32,000 nucleotides of DNA from Candidatus Saccharimonadota bacterium (GCA_016432445.1 CP066689.1:750001-782000), one strand, 5' to 3'; positions 1 to 9,036 are shown, counted from the stretch's first letter. Made by a program: numbers and translations. The notes: a model not told the origin generated them from the sequence alone.

Positions 1-1381
1 CAATAATGATGTAACCTGGAATATAACCAGTTTCCTTACAGATTTTTCCTAAAAGTTTGGCCACGCCGTAAAAATTATAAAACCACGCCCTTGCAATATC
101 ATGACTCCGGGCAAAAACATGAACATTAATTTTTCCTCTTCTTACCGAGAAAGAGAGTTTGTTAATACAAGGACGGCCGCTTTCAAGTTTGGTATCGCGC
201 CTCACATCCCAAAGCACCACCTCCTTATCCAAATCTGCAGGTTTTCGTTTTATTCTTTCTATTACATAAGCGATCTGATCGGTTGCGGGTATAAAAGCCT
301 CAAGCATTATTTGCAATCTTTTTTTCTCAGACTTTATTTTTTTCTCAATTTTTTTAGTCAAAACTTTTGTGTCTCTTTTTTGTAATTGGGAATTTGACAT
401 TATAAATTTTCTTGAAGAAAGATATCCTTTTTCTTTAAACAATCGCCAAACTGCCGAATCAATTTCTTTTAAGCGGGGTAACGCATACATTAATTCTGCA
501 TATAAATAGGCATAATCACGGGGTCTTTCAAATAAATAAACATCCTCAAATATTTTTTTCCGGTATGAATCTGCTGAAAATTGTGTTTTGTAATAATTTT
601 CTAAATTATGTTCTATAAAATTCAACGTTTTTGACTTAATCCACAGAGGGAGATAAATATCATCCGGGTTTTCATCCTCAACTACTACCACTGCTCCCCG
701 TATTTCTTTTAAATCCTCTCCTCCGGTATCAATCTGTGCTTTTTCTCCATACTTCCAAATAGAATAAAGAAGCGAAAGATAAGCGTTAGCCCCTTTTTTT
801 TCTCTTATTGTGTATGTGTATTCTTCAGATGGAAGCGTTTCTGAAGATTTAACAACAAACTCTGGAAAAATTACCGGCTTCATATAAGGTTTTTCTTCTT
901 TAAAGGTCTTGCTAACAATCAGTTTTTCCTGGCCGCGTACATCATGAAGCCGGACATTTTTAAGAATTTTTTCCGTAACTGACAAATCTATCTCTTCAAC
1001 TAATTTGTAATCTGTTCCTAGAATTTGTTTATTTTGTTTTAAACCTTTCTGCCACAAAGATAAAAGAGTATTTTTTCCGGTAATCCCAATGTCCGTATTG
1101 CTTAATTTATCAGGACCCCAGACGACAAGGTTTTTAATATGAGGATTAAGAGCTAAGTTATAAAGAATAATATTGATGCCAAAGGCTGAGCGCAGATTTC
1201 CAATAATGGCAAACTCTTCTTTCAAATGAGGAAAGTGATCAGCCACTTTCTCGCGATCTTGCCAAACCACACACAATGCCGTTGTTTTTTTAGGATTACC
1301 AACAATAACAGGATATTCGTTGTATTTATATAAATTTAACCCTTCAATTGAAGAAAGATATGATTGATTCAGTGATGTCAT
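1..1381 (-). CDS. Thymidylate synthase (ThyA)-like protein with long N-terminal extension; partial, C-terminus lies beyond window start
   Basis: Absent from ORF track because it runs off the edge. Hand translation of the minus strand from ATG (complement of 1379-1381) gives MTSLNQSYLSSIEGLNLYKYNEYPVIVGN... with no stop down to position 1. The frame was checked at both ends. The distal part ...LESGRPCINKLSFSVRRGKINVHVFARSHDIARAWFYNFYGVAKL... fits the ThyA catalytic-Cys and 'RS.D....N' core pattern. Confidence 0.65.
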   Translation of the reverse strand, partial: MTSLNQSYLSSIEGLNLYKYNEYPVIVGNPKKTTALCVVWQDREKVADHFPHLKEEFAIIGNLRSAFGINIILYNLALNPHIKNLVVWGPDKLSNTDIGITGKNTLLSLWQKGLKQNKQILGTDYKLVEEIDLSVTEKILKNVRLHDVRGQEKLIVSKTFKEEKPYMKPVIFPEFVVKSSETLPSEEYTYTIREKKGANAYLSLLYSIWKYGEKAQIDTGGEDLKEIRGAVVVVEDENPDDIYLPLWIKSKTLNFIEHNLENYYKTQFSADSYRKKIFEDVYLFERPRDYAYLYAELMYALPRLKEIDSAVWRLFKEKGYLSSRKFIMSNSQLQKRDTKVLTKKIEKKIKSEKKRLQIMLEAFIPATDQIAYVIERIKRKPADLDKEVVLWDVRRDTKLESGRPCINKLSFSVRRGKINVHVFARSHDIARAWFYNFYGVAKLLGKICKETGYIPGYIII

Positions 1382-1428
1382 TAATAATGCAGAGTATAAA
1401 TCAGCCCCATTTCCTTGTCAATCAAGAT

Positions 1429-2268
1429 TCAGCTTACATTCGGCCTTCCGCCAAATCTTCTGTCTCTAAAACTAAAATCAGCAAGAGATATTGCCAAATC
1501 TCTAGCTCCAAATTCTGGAAGAAAAACTTGGGGAAAACTATGTTCAGCGCCATTTATCCTCCAACCAAACTTCGAAGTCCTTTTTTCACCACCAGTTCTT
1601 ATCATCAACTCAATTTCTCCTACACCTTCAGGGTCAATAAATTTCATCGCTTCTTTTTCCAAATCTGAAGGTAACATAGAAATAACGGAATCAATCTCGC
1701 CGGATTGCTTCTTTGCTTCAATATACCTTTGAATACCTCTAAGATACTCCTGTTGCCCATCATAGTTAATGGCTACCGCTACTTTTTGACCCATATTGTT
1801 TGCTGTCACAGTCGTTGCATTATCAATTGCATTAAGCAATGCCTGATGTAGTCCAGCTCTTTCACCAAGATGAATAAACCGTCCATTGCCGGCTACTAAC
1901 TCCTCTTCCGTTGATTTTAAACTCTCTATCATAACTTCCATTATCCCTCTTATCTCTTCCACTGGACGTTTTTTTATATTATCAGGGGAAAGAGCCCAGA
2001 TGACAACCGTATTAATTGCCGGAAGAAGTCGGAAATTTCTCAATATATTTTTTAAAGCCTCTGCGCCTTGCCTATGACCTTCAGTAACAGGTAATCCATG
2101 CTCTTGAGCCCATCTACCATTGCCGTCAGCAATAACAAGAACGCTTTTTGGCAAAGTTAAACCTTCCTTGGAAACTAATACCTCTATTGGATTTTGAGCG
2201 TTGTTGATTTCTCTTACCAAATCAATTTTTGATGGAGAATAAATTCTCCCTTCGTATTTGTTCACCAT
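1429..2268 (-). CDS. uppS: Undecaprenyl-diphosphate synthase (cis-prenyltransferase)
   Basis: 279 aa. Motifs VIADGNGRWA, EGHRQG, WALSPDNIKKRPVEEI and ELMIRTGGEKRTSKF match the UPPS family signatures (DGNGRWA / FS.EN..R / IRTSGE.R.SNF). Confidence 0.85.
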   Translation of the reverse strand: MVNKYEGRIYSPSKIDLVREINNAQNPIEVLVSKEGLTLPKSVLVIADGNGRWAQEHGLPVTEGHRQGAEALKNILRNFRLLPAINTVVIWALSPDNIKKRPVEEIRGIMEVMIESLKSTEEELVAGNGRFIHLGERAGLHQALLNAIDNATTVTANNMGQKVAVAINYDGQQEYLRGIQRYIEAKKQSGEIDSVISMLPSDLEKEAMKFIDPEGVGEIELMIRTGGEKRTSKFGWRINGAEHSFPQVFLPEFGARDLAISLADFSFRDRRFGGRPNVS

Positions 2269-2291
2269 AACTGGTTATTATATCACCAAAT

Positions 2292-2783
2292 TTAAGGATT
2301 GAATTTGGAAGATCTTTTAACCAGTTTCGTCACAACTACAATTTCTCTTACTTCACCATCATCTCCGATAATTTGATTTGTTCCTGATGTTTGATAATAT
2401 TGCTGAACATAGCCAGATAAAGCTTGCTGCATATCTTTTATTTCTTCTTTAATGCTTTTAACTTTATCATCAAGCAATGCCACTGACGGATCTTTCATAA
2501 TTCTTTGTTTTATTCCGGTTTTTATTTTTGTTGCATCTTTAACTTTATCTGCCTGCGCTTTATATTCTGTGTCATTGTTAAAGGAATCCTCAAGCATGTC
2601 TTTTTGCATTTTTAAAGAATCCTGTGATTTTTTAATATCGGCGATATATCTGTTAATTAAACTTTCCAAATTAAGTCTTCCGGCAACCTGATTGTTAGCA
2701 CCGGTTTCAACCGGCTTCATTGCCACAATTGAATCATTAACTACTTCCGCATCCTCTACAGATTCATCATTTTGATCATTCAT
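2292..2783 (-). CDS. Hypothetical acidic, probably coiled-coil protein
   Basis: 163-aa ORF, tightly spaced upstream of uppS on the same strand. K/E/D/Q-rich heptad-like sequence. No family recognised. Confidence 0.55.
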   Translation of the reverse strand: MNDQNDESVEDAEVVNDSIVAMKPVETGANNQVAGRLNLESLINRYIADIKKSQDSLKMQKDMLEDSFNNDTEYKAQADKVKDATKIKTGIKQRIMKDPSVALLDDKVKSIKEEIKDMQQALSGYVQQYYQTSGTNQIIGDDGEVREIVVVTKLVKRSSKFNP

Positions 2784-2949
2784 AATTTAAATAAAAATAA
2801 TTAATAGAGATTAAAATATATAAAAATCTTGCCACTAAAATCAAATGATATTTTTTAAGGTGGAGACTATAATATCTATCTTATTATGTTAGAAGTATTT
2901 AGAAACCACTTACAGGCTTATACCGGCGCTTTAAAACCAGGAATGAGAT

Positions 2950-3768
2950 ATGCAGGTTCATACACTAACACCCGAAGCTCCAGGTTTAAAGGCCTTAGGC
3001 TCCATTGATGCGCGAATGACGCCTGAAGACACTGTTGAGGCTATTGAAGCTTTAGGTTTGAATGTAATTGCAGTTACCGATCACAACGCTATCGACGGCG
3101 CCGTAACTGCTTTTAATCATGCTCAAAGACGTAATTATCAAGTTGAAATTTATATTGGTGAAGAAATCAGCACCCTTGACGGCCATATTATTGCTATAGG
3201 TATTGAAACTCCTATTGATAAACAACTATCAGGTGAAGAAACCATAAGAAGAATTATCAAACAGGGAGGAAAAGTTATCATTCCTCATCCAATGAGAAAA
3301 GGAGCTTTTGGTGAAGATAAAATCGCAGCTATCCTTAATCGTCAAAATCCAGAGTTGAAAATCCATGGAGTCGAGATTTTAAATGCTAGTTATTACAATG
3401 GTTCTCCTGAAATTGCTAATGAATTTTTGGGCGTTTTTTCGCAAAAATTTAAGGGACAAATCGCTCCCATTGGTTCAAGTGATAATCATAATTATACTCC
3501 TGCTAGAGCATTAACCGGATTTACGGGAAATTTTCTAGAAGCTTTAGAACAAAAAAACACTATTGTGGTTTATCCTGATATAATCGGACAGCTTCTAATT
3601 ATTCAGGCTGCTTGGCAAAAATTTGGAGATATCATCTCAAATAAATCTTTAAGATATTTTTTGGAGGGATTAATTGCTCAAAATTCTATACCGCCTGAAT
3701 TTAATCATTTGAGCCATTTAATAGATATCCCAGATGGAGGAAAGAGACCTCATGAGGTTTTGATTTAA
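2950..3768 (+). CDS. PHP-domain (polymerase/histidinol-phosphatase-like) metal-dependent phosphoesterase
   Basis: 272 aa. N-terminal MQVHT..., VIAVTDHNAIDGA and IIPHP motifs are typical of the PHP fold. An in-frame TGA lies immediately upstream, so ATG 2950 is the start. Confidence 0.7.
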   Translation: MQVHTLTPEAPGLKALGSIDARMTPEDTVEAIEALGLNVIAVTDHNAIDGAVTAFNHAQRRNYQVEIYIGEEISTLDGHIIAIGIETPIDKQLSGEETIRRIIKQGGKVIIPHPMRKGAFGEDKIAAILNRQNPELKIHGVEILNASYYNGSPEIANEFLGVFSQKFKGQIAPIGSSDNHNYTPARALTGFTGNFLEALEQKNTIVVYPDIIGQLLIIQAAWQKFGDIISNKSLRYFLEGLIAQNSIPPEFNHLSHLIDIPDGGKRPHEVLI

Positions 3769-5849
3769 AGTATAATTCTAGCGTCGGCAACAACCAATTT
3801 TTCCTCGTTTAAAAATAGAGGATTGATATCAATTTCTTTTATCTCTTTAAAATTTTCCATTAAATATCCGATTTTCGCAGATATATCGTATAACTTACGG
3901 ATATCCACAGATTTTGATCCCCGGAATCCTTTGAATAATTTTGCTAATTTAGTTTCTTCTATCATCTGCGTAAATCGTTTTTGCGAAAAAGGAAAAACCA
4001 GATAGTTTATTTCTTTTAAAAGTTCCGCATAAATGCCTCCTAAACCAACAACGATAACTACGCCAAAATTATTATCTCTTTTAGCTCCCAAAAAAATCTC
4101 ATGGCCTTTTACCATCTGCTGTATATAAATTCCTTTGGCTTTACCGGAAGCGGTTATTTTGTTGAATACTTCTTTAAGCTCAATCTCCGATTTAATTCCT
4201 GTTATCACACCGTTTACCTCAGTTTTATGGGTAATAATATCAGAAGCGATTTTTACAACTGCTGGATATTTGATCTTAGATTTTAAGTCTTGGATCTTTG
4301 ATTCAGAATCAAGAAATAGTAAATCTAGAACCGGAATATTTAATAGTTTAAAAAAGCTCATTGAATCTCCCAAGTTAAGAAAAGGCTTACTGAAATTATT
4401 GTTTAAAATATTTTTAATTTCTTGCTCTTGAAGTTTTATTGGTAAAGAATTTGATCTTAAACCGTTCTCATCATTTTGTTCACCGTGAAACTCCTGTCTT
4501 TGCAAAATTTTGGCTAAACATTGAGATAAAAAATCATAAGTCGAGAAACTGACCATTTTTTTCTCTTCAAAAAAAACGTGAGACTGGGCTACTGATTCTT
4601 CACCCATAAAAATTGGAAATATTGGCTTATCTAAATGACTTTGGTTTTCAGCGATAACTTCGGCCGTCTCAAAAATCTGCGTATTGGCTTGAGGCGTAAG
4701 AAGAACACCAATTGATCCAATATCTTTTTCCTGCATTGTTAATCCAATGGCTTGAGAATATTCAAAAGCGCTGGCGTCACCTAAAAGATCAATCGGATTA
4801 CGGATACTTATTTTTTTGTTTTCTCCGACAGTCGACGTTAATTCTTTTTCAGTTTCGGGAGAAATGGTAACAAGGGATAACTTATTTTTAACAATATCGT
4901 CGGTAAAAAGCACCCCCACACCACCGGCATTAGATAAAACCAGCAATGCCCGGTTGGTTGGAACACGATCATAACTGTATATTTTCAATATCGTCATAAA
5001 TTCTGTAAAAGTAAAAGCCCTTATAGCTCCGTTTTGATTAAACACCGCATCATATACCTGATCATCTCCAACTAATCCTCCGGTATGAGAGATTGCCGCT
5101 TTAGAACCTTCGGTTGTTGATCCGGCTTTCAAAATAACAATAGGTTTAATCTTAGCTGCTTTATTTAGCACATCCATAAATCTTTTTCCGTTTTTTACAT
5201 CTTCAAGATACATACCGATAACTTTTGTATTGCTGTCTTTTAGTAAAAATTCGAGAGCATCGGACTCATCAATATTGGTTTTATTTCCTAAACTTATAAA
5301 ATAGGAAAAACCTAAATTTTTATGACCGGCAAAATAATCAATAATCACACTGCCTAAAGCTCCTGACTGAGAAATGAAACCAATATTGCCTGAGGGTGAA
5401 ATATGTTTTAAAAAAGTCACATTAATATTTAATAACGTATTGATAAAACCAATACAGTTTGGACCTAAAAGATTAATATTGTATTTCTTTATTTTTTCAA
5501 TCAGCTCACTCTCAATTTCAACTCCATCTTTACCGATCTCTTTAAAGCCGGCAGCGAAAATAACGATATCTTTAATTCCCAATTGACCTATTTCATCAAT
5601 AAGCGATAAAGAAACGGCTGCGGGCGTCGCCAAAACAGCTAAATCAATTTTTTCTCCAACTTCAGAAAGACTTGGGTATACTTTTTTTCCCAAAATATCC
5701 TCTGAAGCATTTTTATTCACAAAATAAATCCTGCATTTGTATCCTTGATTAATTAAGTTATTAGCAACAAGATACCCAACTTTTTTTAAGTCATGGGAGA
5801 CACCAACTACAGCAATAGAGGAGGGATTAAATAATTTTTCAAAATCCAT
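3765..5849 (-). CDS. Acetate--CoA ligase (ADP-forming), fused alpha/beta (CoA-binding + ATP-grasp)
   Basis: 694 aa. N-terminus FNPSSIAVVGVS...VYPSL..V....DLAVLATPA is the classic CoA-binding domain, followed by a succinyl-CoA-synthetase-like flavodoxin domain and a C-terminal ATP-grasp. Confidence 0.85.
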   Translation of the reverse strand: MDFEKLFNPSSIAVVGVSHDLKKVGYLVANNLINQGYKCRIYFVNKNASEDILGKKVYPSLSEVGEKIDLAVLATPAAVSLSLIDEIGQLGIKDIVIFAAGFKEIGKDGVEIESELIEKIKKYNINLLGPNCIGFINTLLNINVTFLKHISPSGNIGFISQSGALGSVIIDYFAGHKNLGFSYFISLGNKTNIDESDALEFLLKDSNTKVIGMYLEDVKNGKRFMDVLNKAAKIKPIVILKAGSTTEGSKAAISHTGGLVGDDQVYDAVFNQNGAIRAFTFTEFMTILKIYSYDRVPTNRALLVLSNAGGVGVLFTDDIVKNKLSLVTISPETEKELTSTVGENKKISIRNPIDLLGDASAFEYSQAIGLTMQEKDIGSIGVLLTPQANTQIFETAEVIAENQSHLDKPIFPIFMGEESVAQSHVFFEEKKMVSFSTYDFLSQCLAKILQRQEFHGEQNDENGLRSNSLPIKLQEQEIKNILNNNFSKPFLNLGDSMSFFKLLNIPVLDLLFLDSESKIQDLKSKIKYPAVVKIASDIITHKTEVNGVITGIKSEIELKEVFNKITASGKAKGIYIQQMVKGHEIFLGAKRDNNFGVVIVVGLGGIYAELLKEINYLVFPFSQKRFTQMIEETKLAKLFKGFRGSKSVDIRKLYDISAKIGYLMENFKEIKEIDINPLFLNEEKLVVADARIIL

Positions 5850-5888
5850 GAATTGATTATATACAAATTTTAACCCAAATATATATTA

Positions 5889-5917
5889 TTGACAAAAAAT
5901 ATGCTTCCTGATAAAAT
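5889..5917 (+). promoter_or_regulatory. Sigma70-type promoter of the T-box leader
   Basis: TTGACA (5889-5894), 17 nt spacer, TAAAAT (5912-5917). Predicted TSS is near 5924, just upstream of Stem I. Confidence 0.5.
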
Positions 5918-5935
5918 ATGGGTACAGTTTGTTTA

Positions 5936-6305
5936 AAAGCTTTGATGGAGAAATAGTAGAAAATATCTTGTGACAACTGAGAAAAGTCGGTAGGGAGCAA
6001 GACTTTCGTAGAGATTTTTTCGAATTACCCTCCTGAGCTGTAAGCTAAAAATCTGCTTCGCCAGTTGGCGGATGCCGGAAAATAAGCTTAGCCGGGTTCG
6101 AACCGTGATAGCGAAAGAGTGTGTCGGCGTAAAAGTCGGAGCACTCGAGAAGAAGCGCTTATTGCGAAACTCGAGAGCACCCACACACGGGTGTTTTTTT
6201 TTGCAGTAATCGGAAGCAAGGTGGTACCGCGAGACCTCATAAGCCCTCGCCCTTGTCTGACTATCAATTAAAAGTTGGTAGATAGGCAGCGGCGAGGGTT
6301 TTTTT
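5936..6305 (+). promoter_or_regulatory. T-box riboswitch leader (tRNA-responsive transcription attenuator)
   Basis: Stem I base is a textbook K-turn. AGC(5938-40)/GCU(6037-39) forms the C-stem and UUU is the bulge. G5944.A6036 and A5945.G6035 are sheared pairs, followed by GGAG(5947-50)/CUCC(6030-33). AGUA S-turn at 5955-5958. Helix 5959-5968/6010-6019. GAGAA bulge at 5979-5983 and distal hairpin AAAGUC/GACUUU with loop GGUAGGGAGCAA (5989-6000). Specifier-loop 3' side is GAA-UUA-C (6022-6028). T-box sequence is AAGG-UGGUACC-GCGAG (6218-6233), closed by CUCGC-CCUU (6246-6254). Competing terminator CCCUCGCC (6244-6251)/GGCGAGGG (6291-6298) plus U7. Confidence 0.9.
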
Positions 6306-6318
6306 ATAGGAGGAAAAT

Positions 6319-7383
6319 ATGGAAAATCAAAAAATAGTCTGGTTTCAGGATGGAGTAAAGTTAAAAGCACCTAAAAGTCAGTGGGAAAAAATAGATTCTT
6401 TAAACCGGCAACTGATTAATTTAGCCGGCCATCCGTCCTTTGACCATCAAATTATCGAACCTGTTGAGTGCGTTAGAAATTTATTTAGTCAAATAAATTT
6501 TCACCAACATAGCGTTATTATTGATCTTTCAGGTATGTTTGGTGAAGATTTAAAAAAAACTTTTCCCAGATTACCAGTCGTTGATAACTTTAGACTCAGC
6601 CGAGTCAGAGTAATCACATCTCCAAGGCTCGACGGAGTGGGACATCTAATTACATTAAACAGTAAAGAATTAGCAGAATTAAAAAACTCTGCAGATTTAT
6701 CTCACCCTTTATTTATTGATGATATCTGCTGGTCAGGAAGAACAGCTTTAGATGCCGTTAAAATAATTGGAGCTGATCTATCAAATACTACTTTTGGTTT
6801 TTTAACTTTAAACCGCGGCAATTTTGGAGAAAGTGTTCCATGTCCTGTCCAAATATTTGAACAATCTGGAGCTAAAGTATTGAACGGCATAGCTGTTCAT
6901 ACACCTCAAGATGATGGCTTCCATTTAGCTGATTTTTTTGAAAACCCTTCTACTAGTAACCCTGATGTATTTGGTATTATTATCCGCATTCAAGAATTAC
7001 GAGAAAGAGCTGCAACAAGTGATGAAACAGCTAAAAAAACCTTAGAGGCAGAAATAAAAGGATTATTGTTAGAAAATCGAGAAGTACTTTTCCCAAGCTC
7101 AAGAAGTACACAAGAGATGAAAGAACTACAGGCAGAAGGTAGATTAATAGCTAATGGCGGAATTAATAAAAACTCTTTTTTTGATATTAATCCTCCAAAC
7201 TGGCTAATGCCTTCTTTCTCAAGAAGAGTTAATTCTCAAATGTTAAGAAACAGTAAAGCAGAAATAACAGATGTAATAAGGGAACTAAAATCAATAACCG
7301 AAAGTAGCCGTGAACTAAAAAAAGAACAAATATCTGAACCAAGTAATGAATTTTCAATAGCAAGGAGGTGCGAAACATTATAA
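6319..7383 (+). CDS. Phosphoribosyltransferase (type I PRT)-like protein, otherwise uncharacterised
   Basis: 354 aa. AGGAGG lies 5 nt upstream of the ATG. The only recognisable motif is the PRPP-loop-like HPLFIDDICWSGRTALDAV. The rest has no family I recognise. Confidence 0.55.
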   Translation: MENQKIVWFQDGVKLKAPKSQWEKIDSLNRQLINLAGHPSFDHQIIEPVECVRNLFSQINFHQHSVIIDLSGMFGEDLKKTFPRLPVVDNFRLSRVRVITSPRLDGVGHLITLNSKELAELKNSADLSHPLFIDDICWSGRTALDAVKIIGADLSNTTFGFLTLNRGNFGESVPCPVQIFEQSGAKVLNGIAVHTPQDDGFHLADFFENPSTSNPDVFGIIIRIQELRERAATSDETAKKTLEAEIKGLLLENREVLFPSSRSTQEMKELQAEGRLIANGGINKNSFFDINPPNWLMPSFSRRVNSQMLRNSKAEITDVIRELKSITESSRELKKEQISEPSNEFSIARRCETL

Positions 7384-7393
7384 AATAAAGCTT

Positions 7394-7921
7394 ATGAAAA
7401 AATTACAGACTGGTGTTATCGGCTCAATGGGTGATTCAAAGCTAGAACAGTCACTTATTGAAACAGCCAGTGAACTTGGAAAAGAAATTGCTAAAAATAA
7501 AGCCACGCTTCTTTTTGGATTTGAAGGCGACTTTAACTCGCTTTCTCAAATAGCGGCACGAAGCGCTCAAGATAACGGTGGAGATACAGTAGCTTTTTTA
7601 TGGGGCAATAAACAAATTGATCTTGGTAAACTAAAGTCAACACGTATTGTAAGCGGACAAAACCGGGGAGGAGGTAGGGAGTTTTCGTTTATTTTAAGCT
7701 GTGATGCTTTAATTTGTATAGGCGGTGGGTCAGGAACTTTAATGGAAATAGCCATGGCTTACCAAGCCAATATTCCGATTGTTGTTTTAAAGAACACTGG
7801 AGGCTGGAGCGAAAAATTAGCCAATCATTTTTTGGATACTCGCCAAAGATTAAAAATAATAGAAGCTAATAACGCTAAACATGCAATGGAAATTGTAATA
7901 AAATTGCTTAGTAAATCTTAA
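7394..7921 (+). CDS. LOG / TIGR00725-like Rossmann-fold (SLOG superfamily) nucleotide-binding protein
   Basis: 175 aa. VIGSMGD...LG..IAK N-terminus and ...SCDALICIGGGSGTLMEIAMAY...PIVVL (GGG.GT..E motif) are characteristic of the LOG/'lysine decarboxylase-like' family. Confidence 0.65.
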   Translation: MKKLQTGVIGSMGDSKLEQSLIETASELGKEIAKNKATLLFGFEGDFNSLSQIAARSAQDNGGDTVAFLWGNKQIDLGKLKSTRIVSGQNRGGGREFSFILSCDALICIGGGSGTLMEIAMAYQANIPIVVLKNTGGWSEKLANHFLDTRQRLKIIEANNAKHAMEIVIKLLSKS

Positions 7922-7925
7922 ATGC

Positions 7926-9026
7926 TTAGGCAGCTTGCTTTAAGGGAACAAGTCTATATGCAGTCATATGTTCATAAACATTTAGATCTTTTTGAAATCT
8001 AGAAATGGTTTTCTTCGCTAAAAGATTTTTTTGTCTTGGAGAAAGTTCACTCACATGTCCAGCATTCTGAATTACTTCTTGAGCCATCTCTTTTGCTAGT
8101 TTCATAATTTTGGAAACACGGCGAGACGCTTCTTCGACAGTAAGTTTATTTCCTCCTTTATCTTCAAATCTTTCCCCATCATCATCAAAAGCCCCCACCA
8201 TCCAGCTTACATCAGTGTCGATATCATGTCTTACTGTTTTTGTAACTACAGCTTCAGACGCATCCCAGCCTGCAGTTTGCACCATATTAGCTATAATTCC
8301 GTCCGGAATTCGATTAGACATCACCACTAATGCTTCCGTTCGCGGTGTAACGATCTTTCTAAGTTCAGTTAACACTGCAGCATAGAGAACTAAACCGTAA
8401 TTATCCCAAGGCTCCTTGTATGGTTCATATAACTCTTCATTTGAATCATAAGCATGTGAATGTGAAAAACTATCGGCTAAAGAAATAACAGTAGATTTCG
8501 ATTGCGGCAAAAAAGACTGAAATCTGCCATCAAAAAGTTCTTTTCCCCCATCTGCAATTTCCTGCCTCCAAGCTTGGAGATAATGTACTCCATCATCACG
8601 ATCAATACTAATATAAATATCTTTCTTTTTTATACGCGAGGCGAGAAAAGGATCTTTCCTTATATTATATTCTGCTAAACTCATCTCTTCTTTACCTCTA
8701 CTCATCCGAATAAATTTCGAACGATCAACTTCACAACCCATGGCCGCACTAATATGGTGATCTGCCTTAAGATAATCTGCTCCATCTCCAGCTCCAACTA
8801 CAAGAAGAGGAAAACCTTTCGATCTGTTTCTATCTGTTAAATACCAACCTCTACTAACCATCGCATCAATCGCCGGAAAATAAACCTCTTTTCTTCCCTC
8901 AGCTTTTAACCTGTAGGATCTATCCTCAACAAAACCATCAACTGGCCTTTGAACTATCATTTGGCCTGAAGGTCGTAGATCACGTAGAGTTAGAAAACAG
9001 TTCGGTTTTTCAGCTGATACTGCCAT
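7926..9026 (-). CDS. Orphan protein with a possible class-I SAM-dependent transferase / spermidine-synthase-like core
   Basis: 366-aa ORF, convergent with the LOG-like gene. PLLVVGAGDGADYL...AMGCEVD resembles motif I (G.GDG) plus the beta-2 acidic residue. Later LVLYAAVLTELRKIVTPRTEALVV resembles the MTase post-motif. The functional call is weak. Confidence 0.35.
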   Translation of the reverse strand: MAVSAEKPNCFLTLRDLRPSGQMIVQRPVDGFVEDRSYRLKAEGRKEVYFPAIDAMVSRGWYLTDRNRSKGFPLLVVGAGDGADYLKADHHISAAMGCEVDRSKFIRMSRGKEEMSLAEYNIRKDPFLASRIKKKDIYISIDRDDGVHYLQAWRQEIADGGKELFDGRFQSFLPQSKSTVISLADSFSHSHAYDSNEELYEPYKEPWDNYGLVLYAAVLTELRKIVTPRTEALVVMSNRIPDGIIANMVQTAGWDASEAVVTKTVRHDIDTDVSWMVGAFDDDGERFEDKGGNKLTVEEASRRVSKIMKLAKEMAQEVIQNAGHVSELSPRQKNLLAKKTISRFQKDLNVYEHMTAYRLVPLKQAA

Positions 9027-9036
9027 AGTTTAAGTT

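Noticed and set aside
101-385. 94-aa plus-strand ORF, and similar short ORFs at 1348-1732, 1886-2077, 2452-2691, 3823-5586, 6702-6890, 7567-7755, 8110-8385, 10154-10600, 11623-12153, 15202-15438, 16764-17294, 19506-19688, 20624-20869, 22036-22245, 23107-23322, 25062-25310, 28183-28425, 29053-29298, 30682-30885 and 31605-31834
   Set aside because: All lie inside and antisense to, or out of frame with, longer well-supported genes. Their translations are low-complexity.
2944-2952. In-frame TGA just upstream of the PHP gene ('D-M-Q-V-H-T' would mimic the DLHVHT motif), suggesting TGA recoding (code 25)
   Set aside because: TGA clearly terminates other genes here (13573-13575 with ATGA overlap, 15751-15753, 26549-26551), so the standard code applies.
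6088-6112. tRNA-like GGGTTCGAACC T-loop motif, possible tRNA gene
   Set aside because: Only 3 bp of T-stem can form on either strand, and no acceptor, D or anticodon arms fit. It lies inside the T-box leader in the Stem II region.
5975-6205. Possible RNase P RNA, SRP RNA or independent sRNA ending at the hairpin+U9 (6178-6205)
   Set aside because: GAGAAAAGUCGG only superficially resembles the RNase P GAGGAAAGUCC box. No matching P4 3' strand or SRP GGAA/AGCA loop is present. The segment is better explained as Stem I distal through Stem III of the T-box. Whether the U9 hairpin also acts as an upstream terminator remains open.
5933-6370. 145-aa minus-strand ORF from the track
   Set aside because: It lies exactly antisense to the T-box leader, whose RNA features explain the sequence. 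It has no SD and a low-complexity, unconvincing translation.
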